A stretch of 64,000 nt of DNA from Chiloscyllium plagiosum (taxonomy: Eukaryota), in assembly GCF_004010195.1 (NCBI RefSeq), contig NC_057753.1, positions 12,659,631 through 12,723,630 of the forward strand, given 5' to 3'. The notes below the pieces were generated by a model. That model was not told where the DNA came from. It saw only the letters and a list, made by a program, of their open reading frames with translations, and did not search any database. Shown piece by piece: positions 62,401 through 64,000 of the stretch; position 1 is the stretch's first letter; each line of letters starts with the position of its first letter. The translations under genes and the position numbers were made by a program.

Positions 62401-62416
62401 TGCCGCCATCTAGTGA
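62401..62416 (-). promoter_or_regulatory. Candidate CTCF site
   Basis: TCACTAGATGGCGGCA is one mismatch from the core CCASYAGRKGGCR; same orientation as the 57530 site. Confidence 0.55.
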
Positions 62417-64000
62417 ACACTAACTGGAATTCTCAGCATACCTTTTGATGATGGCTCCACTTTTATTCTGTAACAGTGTGGACTTCATGGCACAGGGGTT
62501 CCAGGCGCTGTCTGAGAGAATAGCCTAGAGGGTAAATAAACCGATTTGATTTATTTGTTCAAAACAACAGAGAATCAGCCTTGAAAATCTTCAGAAGCAT
62601 CACCTCAATAAAAATGTCAGAGATTTTCTAGGACCTAGGATGTCCCAGCAGAGTGTTGGAGCGCCAGCTTTGAGTTCTGTCTTTTCAGAAACATTAATTC
62701 TTATCGATCCTGAAATACCTCATCTCTGCCTTAGCACCCTTTAACAAAGCACCAAGTTGATCCAATAACTTGCATGAATATAATTTCTGACGAAGCAATA
62801 ACTAATTTAAGCAGACCACCAGGCATTAGATTGACATTAGAAACAAGGAAATTGGGGAAAATGGTGTCAGGTGTTCATGGTCGCAGAAATGACAGAATGG
62901 TTTAAATAAGTTGACTGATGTAAAACACCAAACTCAGGTGACCGCTTTGACTTGATTAACGCAAAAAAAAAGGGACGTGCCCAAGGAACCATATTGTTTG
63001 AGCTCTCCGATCTGACAGAGTTAGGCACCAATCATTGTTTGCTACAGGTCATGTGACGTTTGATACTTTATCTGACTTTTGTTCTGTCCCTCCTTGTCAG
63101 TAAGAAGTGTGCCTTCTGCTCTATCTTATTGCAGCCTTTTTCGGCGTCTCATTTCTTCTGGTTTTATGCGTTGATCAATCTGTCATAACATCTGTCTTCC
63201 TTCTACCATCTTACAGAAAAATCTAGATGGGAGAATGATCCATGTCTCCCTGTTCAGCATTTTATCTGGCCACCAAAACGTAGTGCAGCATGAGTGGGTA
63301 TATTTAGCATGAAATAAAGATAATTTGAGTTAAGAACAATCACTTGGGTTATTTAAGAAACTGTGACAACGTTGACAAAACTAACACTTAATTTTCGGTG
63401 ACAGTGAACTTTCAACATAAATCTCTCACAAATTTATATGGGGACATGAACGCAGATCAATAGGCTAAGTCTCGAGTTTATTCGCTAACAAGACTCCGTG
63501 AAGTAGATGCGAAAAAAGACCATTCCTTCCACCAAGGCTTCATCATCATTGAATTGGATTATGATATGAAAATCTTTAACACATTTTCGTAGCTTTCAGC
63601 CTTCATCACGGATTCATTTACTCGGTAGAAATCTAGCAAATGTTACCTTGTCACATGTAGTCCAGTAGAATGATGTTTAATTTTTTAGCGTGGCAGCTTC
63701 CGAGATTTAATTAATCCCACCCCCCTGTTCTCCCTCCCGTGTCCTGTAAATGGTCACATGTCAAAACTGCCCAAGTTTCTTCTCCAAAAGTGATTGAAAC
63801 TGCTCCAACGCTCTCTCAAGCATGTCATTACAATTTTCAATGAATTTACTCAAAAAAACCTGTCCTTATGACCCCTCCCCGCCACGGAAGCTCATGAAAA
63901 ACTCTGTCTTGTTATGTAAAGTGGGAACATGATTATTTTTCTTCCCGAGGTTGGAAACTGCACCTGGAAATTTTCCTGTCGAAGTCTGCGATTATATCAG

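Noticed and set aside
63100-63520. Leader-like and acceptor-like sequence followed by a possible V relic
   Set aside because: No start codon, no convincing donor consensus and no YYC; cannot be separated from chance.
1-64000. D, J or C segments
   Set aside because: I found no FGxG motif with an upstream 12-RSS and downstream donor, no short segment flanked by two RSS, and no C-domain exon. A by-eye scan could miss a decayed one.

Overview
This is vertebrate genomic DNA, not prokaryotic. The HE1-type SINEs, CR1/HER1-type LINEs and GPR139-like receptor family point to a cartilaginous fish (shark; inference). The window is part of a T-cell receptor alpha/delta-type variable (V) gene cluster. 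I read one apparently intact V gene (57345-56826, minus strand) and one V with an open frame, intact splice sites and a canonical 23-RSS but lacking the conserved first Cys and the FR2 Trp (54557-53991, minus strand). There are also at least 11 V pseudogenes or relics on both strands. No D, J or C segments are visible. Two intact, two-exon, 322-aa class A orphan GPCR genes (GPR139-like, about 91% identical) are embedded among the V segments. They sit in a direct ~19-20 kb segmental duplication (about 7064-25847 and 33819-54229) that also copied four V segments. The GPCRs survived in both copies, while the co-duplicated V segments are dead or crippled. The rest is decayed LINEs and SINEs, Penelope-like element 3' ends carrying minimal type I hammerhead ribozyme motifs, short fold-back elements, and five N-gaps. 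Repeat boundaries are approximate, and all identity figures are hand counts or by-eye estimates.
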